DNA from: Candidatus Moraniibacteriota bacterium
GTDB taxonomy: Bacteria > Patescibacteriota > Minisyncoccia > Moranbacterales > UBA1568
Direction of reading: 5' to 3'
Length of the DNA: 64,000 nt
Assembly (NCBI GenBank): GCA_963778555.1
Contig: CAVZUR010000003.1
Coordinates: 21,067-85,066 of the forward strand
The notes under the pieces were generated by a model. That model saw only the letters and a program-made list of their open reading frames with translations, was not told the DNA's origin and ran no database searches. Position 1 is the stretch's first letter, and each line of letters starts with the position of its first letter. This document shows positions 50,855 through 60,963 of the stretch, piece by piece. Both the position numbers and the translations under genes were made by a program.

Positions 50855-51517
50855 TTACTGCTGCCCTGGCAGCCCTGGAATGGTCACTCCGGCGGGCAAC
50901 TTATCCTTGATTCCCTCCATCATCTTCGCTGATTGCTCTATCAAAGCGCACTGATCAGTAAAGGTGATATCCTTCGGCACCGTGAAGTCCGCGCCAGTGG
51001 CGGGCTGACACTTCACGTTCTTGGCCGCATCGAAGGCCTTCTCCATATCTTGCGGCTCAGTCGAGGCGGGGGTACCAGCCGGCGATGTCTTGTCCTGTAC
51101 GCTCTGCTGCAGCTTGTCGAGGCAAGTCTTGGTGAGCTTCATACCCGTCTTCGATGCGCTCGTCCATGAATACTGATTCTCGCCATCTGAAAGCGCATAC
51201 ACGGTCATGTCACCCACATTCGTCGTCGATTTGAACTTGTCACCATCAACGAACACGGTCGACTCGACAGTCGATCCCCCTTCGCTCATCGCATAGGTAC
51301 ACTGCATTTTCTGCCCCAATCCCATTGCGTCCTTGATCGAAGCGACCATTCCCTTTTCTTCTCCGCTTGCCCCCTTCAATTCATTTACTTCTGTCTTCAA
51401 CCGCTCTGTCGACGTCCCAGTTTCCGCTTGTTCTCCCTCGCTGCCTCTTTTCGTCCAAAAAAACAACCCGACAATAATGACGAGTACCAGCACCACGACA
51501 CCGATGATCTTTCCCAT
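50855..51517 (-). CDS. Hypothetical N-terminally anchored exported protein (220 aa)
   Basis: N-terminal TM MGKIIGVVVLVLVIIVGLFFW; Ser/Thr/Gly-rich. Confidence 0.45.
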   Translation of the reverse strand: MGKIIGVVVLVLVIIVGLFFWTKRGSEGEQAETGTSTERLKTEVNELKGASGEEKGMVASIKDAMGLGQKMQCTYAMSEGGSTVESTVFVDGDKFKSTTNVGDMTVYALSDGENQYSWTSASKTGMKLTKTCLDKLQQSVQDKTSPAGTPASTEPQDMEKAFDAAKNVKCQPATGADFTVPKDITFTDQCALIEQSAKMMEGIKDKLPAGVTIPGLPGQQ

Positions 51518-51540
51518 ACATGTACGTTAATTGCCTCCAG

Positions 51541-51576
51541 TATACCACCCCACCAATGTATTGGTGGGGTGGTATA
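51541..51576. promoter_or_regulatory. 36-bp near-perfect palindrome TATACCACCCCACCAAT-gt-ATTGGTGGGGTGGTATA in a divergent intergenic region
   Basis: 17-bp perfectly complementary arms. Sits between the divergently oriented genes 50855..51517(-) and 51662..52234(+). Confidence 0.4.
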
Positions 51577-51661
51577 GCACCAGACTTCGATCCCGTTCTG
51601 CGGACGTCCGCCAGCTGCCCCCGGGACTGTCACCAAAACTAGGCTTGTTTCGGCGACAAGG

Positions 51662-52234
51662 GTGCAGTCGTTCGGTTTACAGTCGTTGGGTTTCCTGCTA
51701 GGCTCTCTCTACAGGCCTATGCTCGCGCGACTTCTCGAACCGACCGTTCTTCTCGCCTGTCTAGGCGTTTTTTTCCTTTTACTGAGCGTTCTTTTCATCC
51801 TGACCGCCATTTTGTACCGGAAGCTCCGGCACCAAGAGGCCAAGCTCGCCGTGTTCTTCTCAGGGAAAGAGGCGAAAGACCTCGAAACACTCCTGGTGGA
51901 AGAGAAGGAGCTCATCGCTTCTGTCGACAGCGATGTCCAAGAGCTCTTCGAAATTTCCAACGAGATCCACCAGCTCGGAAACAGAAGCCTGCACAAGTGT
52001 TCTGTCATGCGCTTCAATCCTTTCAAGGAAACCGGCGGGAACCAGAGTTTTGCGGTCGCGCTCCTTGATGGAAAGGACAACGGCATCGTCCTTTCCTCGC
52101 TCCACACGCGCGAAGGCACTCGGGTCTTCGCCAAACCGGTGAAGCGCGGCGATTCCGACGGCTACCCGTTCACGGAAGAAGAGAAGGCTGTCATCCGCGA
52201 AGCCGCGCAGAGTGCGCAGGAAAAGAAAGTCTGA
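51662..52234 (+). CDS. DUF4446-like membrane protein
   Basis: N-terminal TM then conserved RFNPF...GGNQSFAVALLD region. Family recalled from memory, unverified. Confidence 0.4.
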   Translation: MQSFGLQSLGFLLGSLYRPMLARLLEPTVLLACLGVFFLLLSVLFILTAILYRKLRHQEAKLAVFFSGKEAKDLETLLVEEKELIASVDSDVQELFEISNEIHQLGNRSLHKCSVMRFNPFKETGGNQSFAVALLDGKDNGIVLSSLHTREGTRVFAKPVKRGDSDGYPFTEEEKAVIREAAQSAQEKKV

Positions 52235-52286
52235 TCACTCACCCCGCTTTTCATCATCACGTAAACCGCTTCCTCTCCAATCAACC

Positions 52287-54050
52287 ATGGATACTCCCGA
52301 ACCCGTAAAATCCGTTGCGCTGCCGGAAACCATGACGGTCAAGAAATTGGCTGAGCTTTTGCATGTACCGGTATCAAACGTCATCATGGAGCTCATGAAG
52401 AACAAGATCATCGCGACGATCAATGAAGAGATCGACTTCGATACGGCTTCAATCATCGCGAATGACCTCGGTTTCCAGACAACCGCCGATACGACAGAAA
52501 AAGCCGGTTCGCTCACGCTCATCGATCTCGCGAATATCGTCGCCCACGAAAAAACCGAAGCGGATCGCCGGCTCGTATCGCGCCCGCCGATCGTCACCAT
52601 CCTCGGTCATGTCGACCACGGCAAGACGACCCTGCTCGACACGATCCGCAAGACGAATGTCGCCGCAGGTGAAGCTGGCGGCATCACCCAGAAGATCAGC
52701 GCGTACCAGGTGAAGAAGCACGGGGAGCTCATCACCTTCATCGATACGCCCGGCCATGAGGCATTCTCCGGCATGCGCGAGCGCGGCGTGTCCATCGCCG
52801 ATATCGCCATCCTCGTCGTCGCAGCTGATGACGGGGTGCGCCCGCAGACCAAAGAAGTCATCCAATTCATCAAGGAAAAGAAGCTGCCGGTCATCGTCGC
52901 GATCAACAAGATCGACAAGCCGGACGCCAAGGCCGATCGCGTCAAGCAGGAACTCGCCGAGAACGGCATCCTCTTCGAAGGTTGGGGCGGTGACGTCATG
53001 TGCGTCGAAGTGAGCGCCAAGAGCAATATCAATATCGACAAGCTCCTCGACGCGATTCTCCTCGTTGCAGAAGTCGAAGAATTCGCGGCTGATGAAAAGC
53101 GCGATGGTCTCGCCGTTATTCTCGAATCCCACCTCGATCCGCAGAAGGGCCCCGTAGCGACTGTTCTCGTAAAAACCGGGACGCTCAAAATCGGCCAGGA
53201 TATCATCGCGGGGTCTGCGTTCGGCCGGGTCCGTCGGCTGGAAGACTTCACCGGCAAGAACCGCGAATCCGCCGGTCCATCCGTCCCCGCCATCCTCTAC
53301 GGTTTCAGCGATGTCCCGCAAGTAAATGATGTAATCCAGGTCGTCTCCGGAAAGTCCCTCGCGCGGATGAAGTCGCAGGAGGCCCTCCTCAAAGAAGGCG
53401 AGGTGAAGAAAGTGATCCGCAAAGAGGACGAGAATGTGAAGCGTTTCCCTATCCTTCTCAAGGCCGATGTCCAGGGATCGCTCGAGGCACTCCAGCAAAT
53501 CCTTGGCGCTATCGTCCATCCTGAAGTTGCGCTTGACGAGATTGCCGCCGGAGTCGGCAGCATCACGGAATCGGATGTGCGTTTGGCGGCTTCGAGCCAT
53601 GCCAAGATTTTCGGTTTCAATGTCGAGCCAACATCGGTCGCCAAACGGATCGCGGAGACGGCAGGTGTGAGTATCCAAAGTTTCAATATCATCTATAAGC
53701 TCGTTGAAACTGCCAAGGCCGATCTCGCCGCGCTCCTCCCGCCAGAAATCATCCGAACCGACTTCGGACAATTGTCCATTCTTGCGATTTTCAAGAGCGG
53801 CAAGCGCGATATGATCATCGGCGGCCGCGTTTCAGAGGGTAAAATCGTCCGTGGTTCGCTCTTGGAAGTGAAGCGCGACGGCGAAGTCATCGGCTCTGGA
53901 AAAATGGGCAATCTCCAGCGGAACAAAGAAAATGCTGATGAAGTCGGCCAGGGCAATGAATGCGGCCTCGTCTTCGATGGAGCCGTGAAACTCCAGGTTG
54001 GCGACACGCTCCTCGCCTACCAAGTTGAAGAGAAACGACGGACGCTCTAG
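52287..54050 (+). CDS. infB: Translation initiation factor IF-2 (short form, G domain onward)
   Basis: GHVDHGKTTLLD G1 motif, DTPGHEAF G3, NKIDK G4. Start chosen at MDTPEP to avoid overlapping the upstream gene. Confidence 0.9.
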   Translation: MDTPEPVKSVALPETMTVKKLAELLHVPVSNVIMELMKNKIIATINEEIDFDTASIIANDLGFQTTADTTEKAGSLTLIDLANIVAHEKTEADRRLVSRPPIVTILGHVDHGKTTLLDTIRKTNVAAGEAGGITQKISAYQVKKHGELITFIDTPGHEAFSGMRERGVSIADIAILVVAADDGVRPQTKEVIQFIKEKKLPVIVAINKIDKPDAKADRVKQELAENGILFEGWGGDVMCVEVSAKSNINIDKLLDAILLVAEVEEFAADEKRDGLAVILESHLDPQKGPVATVLVKTGTLKIGQDIIAGSAFGRVRRLEDFTGKNRESAGPSVPAILYGFSDVPQVNDVIQVVSGKSLARMKSQEALLKEGEVKKVIRKEDENVKRFPILLKADVQGSLEALQQILGAIVHPEVALDEIAAGVGSITESDVRLAASSHAKIFGFNVEPTSVAKRIAETAGVSIQSFNIIYKLVETAKADLAALLPPEIIRTDFGQLSILAIFKSGKRDMIIGGRVSEGKIVRGSLLEVKRDGEVIGSGKMGNLQRNKENADEVGQGNECGLVFDGAVKLQVGDTLLAYQVEEKRRTL

Positions 54051-54144
54051 CACAGAGAGTTACCGGAAACCATCGGCCGCGCAGGCCGATTTTGTTTTTC
54101 CCGCGGGCGATTATTGACGGCTGCGACGCGCCCACTTATACTCA

Positions 54145-55682
54145 GTGGTTGACCAAAGCCGCGTGTTAGACTGGAAATATATGCATACGACGCTTCCGGA
54201 GCCTATCTTTGAAACGCTCACCGCCTTGGAGCAGGCCGGTTTCAAAGCATACATCGTGGGCGGATCGCTCCGCGACCTCCTTCTCGGACGGCCACCCAAA
54301 GACTGGGACCTCACGACTGACGCGCAGCCTGGAGCGGTCCAAAAGCTCTTTCCCGATTCGGTATACGAAAATACCTTTGGCACGGTCGGCGTGAAAGTCG
54401 CCCGTTTTCTCCCTTCGACTCCAGACACACATGAGCACGACATTATCGAAGTGACGACCTTTCGGACTGAGCGTACGTATAGCGATGGACGGCATCCCGA
54501 TACCGTCGCATTCGTCACCACCGTCGAAGCAGACCTCGCGCGACGTGACTTCACTGTGAATGCGATGGCGGGGCAAGTCACTGGAACGGCTGGCTCAGTC
54601 AATATTGAAATTATCGATCCTTTTGGAGGTCAGAGCGATATTCAGAAAAAACGCTCCGCGCCGTCGGTAAACCCGAGGAACGCTTCACAGAAGATGGACT
54701 GCGTCTCATGCGCGCACTTCGACTGGTCGTGGAACTGAGCACGGCCGAAAAGGAGCGGCCGGACTGGTCCATCGAAGCGGAGACGGCGGCGGCGCTTCAA
54801 GCGTGCTCGAACCGGCTGCAGTCAGTCGCTTTCGAACGGATTCGGGATGAATTTTCACGTATCATTCTTTCACCGTATCCGAGCCAAGGTGTAACGCTTC
54901 TCTTGGAAACTGGACTCCTCCAATACATCATTCCTGAGCTCGTCGAGGGCGTCGGCGTCACACAGAACCTCCACCATATCTATACCGTCTGGGAGCACAA
55001 TCTTCGCGCGCTCGCGACATGTCCGTCTCAGAAGCTATCCGTCCGTTTGGCGACGCTCCTCCATGACGTCGGCAAACCGAGGACGAAGCGTGGCGAAGGC
55101 CATAACTCGACGTTCTATAATCACGACCATGTCGGTGCACGCATGACGAAGAAGATCCTCGAGCGCCTACGCTACCCGAAAAAAATCGTTGACCATGCTG
55201 CCATGCTCGTCGATAACCACCTCTTCTACTACAATGTCGGCGAAGTGACAGAAGCCTCGGTCCGGCGACTCATCAAACGCGTGGGTTTGGAAAATATGGA
55301 TGATCTCATGGCTGTGAGAATCGGCGATCGCCTCGGTTCCGGTGTTCCGAAAGCGAAACCCTATAAGCTCCGGCATCTCGAATACATGGTCGACAAAGTC
55401 TCACAGGATCCAACCTCCGTAAAAATGCTCAAGATTAACGGGTCCCAACTCATGGAAAAACTCGGTATCGTGCCCGGACCGAAGATCGGCGCGTTGCTCG
55501 ACTGCCTCCTCGCAGAAGTGATCGATAATCCGACCTTGAATACCGAATCGACACTTCTTGACCGGGCCCGACAACTCATGGATAATGACCTCGATGCGCT
55601 CCGCAGTTTGGCTCAGGAGCGCATCAATACGGAGCGTTCTGCTCTCGATACAGCCATACGCGGCCGGCATCACGTCACCTGA
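54145..55682 (+). CDS. cca: CCA-adding tRNA nucleotidyltransferase with HD domain, interrupted by a frameshift in an A6 run near 54650
   Basis: Pol-beta NTase head (GGSLRDLLLGRPPKDWDLTTD) in ORF 54145..54738. Continuation ...TLRAVGKPEERFTEDGLRLMRALRL and HD domain (LHDVGK) in ORF 54708..55682. Confidence 0.8.
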
Positions 55683-55845
55683 CGATTGAATTTCACCCGC
55701 TTTCAGAGGGTATAGAGGGTACCGGTCCGCTGACTGACAGCGTTTCTCTCTGTCACATTTCCGGGGCATAACCCCGTGAGAAACTGACTCCGTGAGAAAA
55801 TTATCAGAGGATTAACAGCGCGAGAATTGTGAGATTTTTTCTAAC

Positions 55846-55915
55846 GGGGCATAGTATAGTGGTAGTACATGCGCTTCGGGTGCGTAAGGTCTGGGTTCGA
55901 TTCCCGGTGCCCCGA
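55846..55915 (+). tRNA. tRNA-Pro (anticodon CGG)
   Basis: Acceptor GGGGCAT/GTGCCCC, anticodon stem TGCGC/GCGTA with loop TTCGGGT, T-arm CTGGGTTCGATTCCCGG. Parallels the tRNA-Pro(GGG) at 5397. Confidence 0.75.
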
Positions 55916-55983
55916 CTACCAATCATGTGATGGGGGAAGAATCTGCTGATCATCGCAAAAACCAGCGCTGCTAATTTGAAAGT

Positions 55984-56307
55984 TTGTTTTTTGTCATGCG
56001 ACTCCTCATTAGAAATCCCGCTGATAATCCGGTCACCCTCTTTCGGCGGGCGGGTTACGGCTTCCAACGAGAGGATGGGAAGGAGATGAGCTTCGTTCGT
56101 CCCTTGGCTCGAGCCGGCTACCCGCGCTTCCACTGTTACACGCAGTCTCATCCTGAGGGCATCGAATGCAATCTCCATCTCGATCAGAAACGGGAGACCT
56201 ATGGACGTGTCACGCGCCATCATGGCGAGTACACTGAAGAGGGGGCACTGGCTGCGGAAATTGAGCGCATCGAATCCCTCATCGGAACGCTGACACGTAT
56301 TGCTTGA
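55984..56307 (+). CDS. Hypothetical small protein (107 aa) embedded in the tRNA cluster
   Basis: ORF between tRNA-Pro and tRNA-Leu. His/Cys-containing; no recognisable family. Confidence 0.3.
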   Translation: MFFVMRLLIRNPADNPVTLFRRAGYGFQREDGKEMSFVRPLARAGYPRFHCYTQSHPEGIECNLHLDQKRETYGRVTRHHGEYTEEGALAAEIERIESLIGTLTRIA

Positions 56308-56462
56308 ATCCCCCAAGAAGCATCTCCTGGGGATGAGGAATGCGGCCCATCTGGAAATGCCGAAGCGACAGAATGGTCGTGTTGCCCCATTACTCATTTA
56401 CAAAAAGATACTGTAGCCCTGCTGTGGTGGTGGAATGGTAGACCTGCCCGCAGTGCCAGATG

Positions 56463-56547
56463 CCGAAGTGGTGGAATGGTAGACACACCAGCCTTAGGAG
56501 CTGGGGCCCGCAAGGGCGTGAGAGTTCGAATCTCTCCTTCGGCACCA
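56463..56547 (+). tRNA. tRNA-Leu (anticodon TAG), CCA encoded
   Basis: Acceptor GCCGAAG/CTTCGGC, anticodon stem CCAGC/GCTGG with loop CTTAGGA, long variable arm GGCCCGCAAGGGCGT, T-arm GAGAGTTCGAATCTCTC, 3' ACCA. Confidence 0.85.
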
Positions 56548-56621
56548 TACAATGGCAGGCGGGCACGCCTAAGCCTTAGGAGCTAGTGCTCATACGAGCA
56601 TGAGAGTTCGAATCTCTCCCA
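56548..56621 (+). other. tRNA-Leu-like 3' segment (CTTAGGA loop, variable arm, T-arm, CCACAGC-A-CCA). Its matching 5' acceptor half GCTGTGG lies at 56421-56427, upstream of the complete tRNA-Leu.
   Basis: Perfect 7-bp complementarity between 56421-56427 and 56612-56618. No local 5' acceptor strand. Confidence 0.35.
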
Positions 56622-56766
56622 CAGCACCAGAAAGGTAAGTGATACAGCAAGCCAACCTGAGAAGCAGGGACCAGCAAGGACCGTAAGGGTTCGGATGCCT
56701 CCTTTGACGTCAAAAAGAAGAGAACTTCCATTTTTTTGGGAAGCTCTCTATCTTTGGAAAGAGGTC

Positions 56767-59583
56767 TTATTCGGATGCACGCCGACTCCTGACGACAGCT
56801 CCTTCCGGTGTATTGGGAATGACCGCAAACACGACGCCCGACGCAAAGAGGATGAGGAAGACCGAGAAGAGCACTTTCAGCGAGAAGAGTACTGATGCCG
56901 GGAGATAGCTTGCCACGAGAGCATAGTATTTCTTCATGCCTGACTGCGCGACCGCGGCGCCATCTGGCTGTTCCACCTGCGTATTGGAACTGAAATACTT
57001 CTCCGTCATATCCAGCGCAGAAAGCCCCCAGATATCCTCCATGGCTTGTCGCATCACCGGGCTGGGCCGATACACGGACGAGAGCGAGACATTGTAGACC
57101 GACTTTCCAATCTTGTTGGCCGGAAAGGTAACCGCATTTGCCGTTCCGAGGACCACTCCATCCACACTCCAGGAATTTTCCAGCTGGGGCGGGGTCCGAG
57201 CACCGAGAAAATCAGGCGTGAACTGAGCCGTGAGTGCGACGACATTGCCCGCGGCGGTCTCGAGAGTATCTTTGCTCAATTCCGGATATACCTGTCCATC
57301 CGTATCAACATATTGTCCAAGAGCTTTCTGCCAGACGCTCCCGACTCCAGCGTTGGGAATAATCGCGACCTCCGGTTCGACGATCTTGAAGGCTCTCGAA
57401 ATCGTGATGACTTGTTCCTGGGATACGGCACTGTTGTACGCGCCTGTGACCTGATTCGCCGTGACCGTTATCGTGAACACGTCGCCCACGCTCCCGATGA
57501 TCGGAAAGAAGTTCATGCGCACCGGGGAAGTGTCATTGCAGCCGGCCGAGACCTTGGAATTACAAACGAGCGGCTGGCCATTAATCGTCCAGTTGAAATT
57601 CGTGAGCTGCTGGTTCGGCACGCTCACCCCGATGATCTCGTTCTTGATAACACGGCATAGCTTGGTTTCGAGACGAGCCACGGATTGGGCCTCCGGTCTC
57701 GGATCCGTCGAGGTGCCAGTGCAAATCTGTCCTCCCTGATCAAGTGAAACGCGCGCTGGATCGCCGGCGACCGTCACCCGGTGAGCCAGCATGCGGTCCT
57801 GGCTCGCGTTGAATTTAACCACCACACTGCTCCGTCCGCGACGACTGGCTCCCGACGAAAAATTCTCAGCGGCATCCACCCGGAAACGGAGGTAGCCGGT
57901 ATTATTCGGGAGCGCGCCGGGCGGTATGACACCATCCGTATTGCGGATATTCAGGTTGAGCTCGACTTTGTTCACGCCATTCCCGCGCACTTGGGACAGA
58001 AGCTTCCGGCCATTCGAAAGGTTGTTGAGTTGATTCGTGATATTCACCCAGGGATTGTTGGCCGGGGGATTCGAGGTTCCGTCCGGAGAAATCTCCACAC
58101 GCCAATCAAAATACACATCCTGCATGCCCTGCGCGCCATTATCAATCGAGGCTACCGCTTCCAAAACATCACCATCACCCTGCTCGCTCGTATCATTGAC
58201 GGGATCGTCTGGCGAAGCTGAGACGGAAAGTTCCAGATTCGTCGCCTGCCCACCTTCGGTCGGATCGACGAGATTCTCGATCAGACAGTCGTTCAAATCG
58301 ATCTCGATCGTCGGTATCACGATGGAATAGCCTTCAATGATTTTCGTGTAGGAACCGGTATCATTTGGGCGGCGGCAGCCGGATGTCTTATTCTTGGAAA
58401 AAGCCCACATAATCATATTCGATGAGTCCTTATGCTTTGTCGGAACCATCGACGTCCCTTCTACGACAACGCCAACCTTGTCACCCTTGATATAGTTCCA
58501 GGTAAACGTCTCACGGCCAAGCCCGATGACATTGGCTTCGTCTTTATTGCCATTGTCCGAAGTATCCGCATCATTCGGATTCGTCTGCCAGAAGCGTTCC
58601 TCCCCGGCACCAAAAACACCATCCCCCGAGGTAACCCCGGGTGCTACCGGAAACAGGTGTCGGCAGATGGGATTCGGCGGGGTACCGGAACTCGTGCAGG
58701 CAGTGATTGGCGTCTCACAGGTGGTCGCCCGGGCCGCATTCGCAACGCAACAGGGCGTGCCCGTGGTACATCCCACGACTCCCGCATCACCGCCTGCTGG
58801 ATCAGGATCGCAATAAGGCGTACCCGAGACATAGAAGGCGCCGCTCCCGACTCCCGTGAAGGGGACGCCGCTTACATTGGGATCAATCACGGTCGGAGTC
58901 ACGTCTTGTCCTTCTTGCATGCACACCGCTACGGATCCACTCGGACAGCCATCAAATGCAATGCTCGATGACCCGATAGCGATCTCATAGTTCTCGCCAT
59001 TCGTATTATCATGAAAAGCGCAATGGTTCGGGACGTTCACTCGATTATCTCCGCCAAACCTTGCCGCGTAACCATCCGCATCCGTATCCGCACCGTAATT
59101 TGCCGTGAGAACATCGAAATCATTGGAGGCCAATATCCGATGGGCGGCGATTTTCCAGTCATTGGGACCAATAAGGCCATTGCCGTCAAGATCGCAATCG
59201 GCTGTCACCGCGCCTGTCGCACAGACGGCTCGCTGCAGATACCAGGTAAAATATAGTTTACTTGTATCTGTTGAAAAATACGTCGGGAAAGAACGTGCCG
59301 TGACCTTTTCACCCTCCTTTGGGTCAGACGGCGAAAAGAAGAGCGATACCTCCGGCGAGACTTTTTTCCCGCCCGCGACATTGAGCGACTCGCCCTGATC
59401 CTGCATCGCGCCCGGATTGATGTGATAACGCTGTTCCATCTCCGCGGCGTTCTGTGAGGCCGAGGGAACACTCGGCGATCCAAAGAGCGCGGCCGCTGGC
59501 AGTGCAGAAGTCAGGAATATCTGCAGACCCAGCACACCACTGGCCAAGCGGAACCACTTTTTATTTTTCATGCGACTCAGCAT
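56767..59583 (-). CDS. Large (938 aa) Cys-rich surface protein with signal peptide and C-terminal TM followed by an RSRR tail
   Basis: N-terminal signal (WFRLASGVLGLQIFLTSALPAAALFG). Gly/Thr/Cys-rich regions. C-terminal TM then RSRRASE. Confidence 0.7.
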   Translation of the reverse strand: MLSRMKNKKWFRLASGVLGLQIFLTSALPAAALFGSPSVPSASQNAAEMEQRYHINPGAMQDQGESLNVAGGKKVSPEVSLFFSPSDPKEGEKVTARSFPTYFSTDTSKLYFTWYLQRAVCATGAVTADCDLDGNGLIGPNDWKIAAHRILASNDFDVLTANYGADTDADGYAARFGGDNRVNVPNHCAFHDNTNGENYEIAIGSSSIAFDGCPSGSVAVCMQEGQDVTPTVIDPNVSGVPFTGVGSGAFYVSGTPYCDPDPAGGDAGVVGCTTGTPCCVANAARATTCETPITACTSSGTPPNPICRHLFPVAPGVTSGDGVFGAGEERFWQTNPNDADTSDNGNKDEANVIGLGRETFTWNYIKGDKVGVVVEGTSMVPTKHKDSSNMIMWAFSKNKTSGCRRPNDTGSYTKIIEGYSIVIPTIEIDLNDCLIENLVDPTEGGQATNLELSVSASPDDPVNDTSEQGDGDVLEAVASIDNGAQGMQDVYFDWRVEISPDGTSNPPANNPWVNITNQLNNLSNGRKLLSQVRGNGVNKVELNLNIRNTDGVIPPGALPNNTGYLRFRVDAAENFSSGASRRGRSSVVVKFNASQDRMLAHRVTVAGDPARVSLDQGGQICTGTSTDPRPEAQSVARLETKLCRVIKNEIIGVSVPNQQLTNFNWTINGQPLVCNSKVSAGCNDTSPVRMNFFPIIGSVGDVFTITVTANQVTGAYNSAVSQEQVITISRAFKIVEPEVAIIPNAGVGSVWQKALGQYVDTDGQVYPELSKDTLETAAGNVVALTAQFTPDFLGARTPPQLENSWSVDGVVLGTANAVTFPANKIGKSVYNVSLSSVYRPSPVMRQAMEDIWGLSALDMTEKYFSSNTQVEQPDGAAVAQSGMKKYYALVASYLPASVLFSLKVLFSVFLILFASGVVFAVIPNTPEGAVVRSRRASE

Positions 59584-59585
59584 AA

Positions 59586-60341
59586 TTAGCGGAGGATGAG
59601 TACGAACGCGTCTGTCAGGAAAAGATAGAACCAGGTCGCCCCGAGACTGTACCAGATCGAGCGGGATTGGTAGGCAATCAGACCGGCGAGAGGAGCAAAA
59701 ATGAGCGCCGGTATTCGCGAGGCATCAATGCTGCCCCCGCCCGAGGCAAGCAGTGCGAACAACACGGCCTGCGCTGCTACCGACCACACTCCCCATTTCC
59801 GAAGCCAGAGCAGCATGATGAAACCGCGGAAAAATACTTCGAACATGAGGACGATGACCCCACTCAGCAGCAGCTCATAGAGCACGAAGAAAAAGAATTT
59901 CTCTTCAACCACGACCGGTAAGCGATAATCGGAGAGGAGCGGGGTGAAATTCCAAAGAACGAAGAGGGCACTGAGCGCCACGACGAGCGCCAGGACGCTG
60001 CCACCGATACCGGCCCAGATGTTCCCTCGCTGGAAACCGAGCGCAGAAAGCGGCCGTCCTAGCATTATTTTACAGTATAGAATCGGAATAACCAAAAAAA
60101 CAGCGATGGCGGCAATGAAGTTCTGCACCATCGGGGGAAAGTCACTGCCCTCCCCGATATATTCCAACAGCAACATCGAAGCGACAATCACGGTCGCCGT
60201 ACCGATAAACTCTTTGTGACGAGCGAGAAACGTAACGCTTCTTTCCAACACAGAGTCGAGAAGTTGCACATGAGACTCGCTTTCGGGAGTTTCCGGGTGC
60301 CGCTTCTGGCGCTCAACAGCCGTCGTTTTCATACCTCTCAT
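59586..60341 (-). CDS. Polytopic membrane protein with a CPBP/Abi-like EVFFRG motif but lacking the catalytic His motifs
   Basis: 251 aa, 6+ TM. EVFFRGF resembles CPBP motif 1, but no FxxxH/HxxxN follows. Confidence 0.4.
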   Translation of the reverse strand: MRGMKTTAVERQKRHPETPESESHVQLLDSVLERSVTFLARHKEFIGTATVIVASMLLLEYIGEGSDFPPMVQNFIAAIAVFLVIPILYCKIMLGRPLSALGFQRGNIWAGIGGSVLALVVALSALFVLWNFTPLLSDYRLPVVVEEKFFFFVLYELLLSGVIVLMFEVFFRGFIMLLWLRKWGVWSVAAQAVLFALLASGGGSIDASRIPALIFAPLAGLIAYQSRSIWYSLGATWFYLFLTDAFVLILR

Positions 60342-60384
60342 TGTAGCGCATTTAGTGCCTGCATTGCCCCGCTAGAAAAATGCA

Positions 60385-60957
60385 TTAGGCCGCCTTCCGA
60401 AACTGATCATCATTCGCCGCCGCTCCGCGCTCTTGATTCGCCTGCTCCTGAGCGGCCTGTTCCGCCTCGGCCGCCGCCTCTTGTTGCATCGCGACTTCCG
60501 CCGAGCGAAGCTGTCCGTTCAACTTCGGGATCGCCTGCTCCAGCTTTTCTGCCTCTCCTTTGGAAGCATCGGCGTCTTTTTTCGCCAGATGATACGCATA
60601 GAGGACGCTCGCCGTGCCGAACGGAATCAAGCTCAGGAACGGGATGAGGTCCAGGAGCGCAATGATGAAGAAAACGAAGCGCAGCCATAACTTCCCCCGA
60701 CCCCACATGAAGATGAAAAGATACACAGTGATCGGAAAACAGAAGAGCAGCCCGACAATAAGCTGCCCGAAGATGGGAATCGCACTGAGCGGATCAAAGA
60801 GGAAGTCCTTGGCCAGCACCAGCGTGAGCGGGATGAGGAAGACGGAGAGATCGCCTTCCCGCACTTTTCTCCGGTGCTCGGCAGCGAGGCTGACCGCTCT
60901 TCTCAGTTGTTCCCACTTGCTCCGATGGAATCTCTCCAGCGCGACGTTTCCAGCCAT
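60385..60957 (-). CDS. Hypothetical membrane protein (3-4 TM) with C-terminal Ala/Glu/Gln-rich coiled coil
   Basis: 190-aa ORF immediately downstream of VirB4. Confidence 0.45.
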   Translation of the reverse strand: MAGNVALERFHRSKWEQLRRAVSLAAEHRRKVREGDLSVFLIPLTLVLAKDFLFDPLSAIPIFGQLIVGLLFCFPITVYLFIFMWGRGKLWLRFVFFIIALLDLIPFLSLIPFGTASVLYAYHLAKKDADASKGEAEKLEQAIPKLNGQLRSAEVAMQQEAAAEAEQAAQEQANQERGAAANDDQFRKAA

Positions 60958-60963
60958 AGGACT

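Noticed and set aside
52449-53771. 440-aa minus-strand ORF inside infB
   Set aside because: Antisense to IF-2 (G1-G4 motifs on the plus strand). Composition-driven open frame.
55804-56397. 197-aa minus-strand ORF spanning tRNA-Pro(CGG)
   Set aside because: Overlaps a well-folded tRNA and the opposite-strand small ORF. No RBS or protein features; likely spurious.
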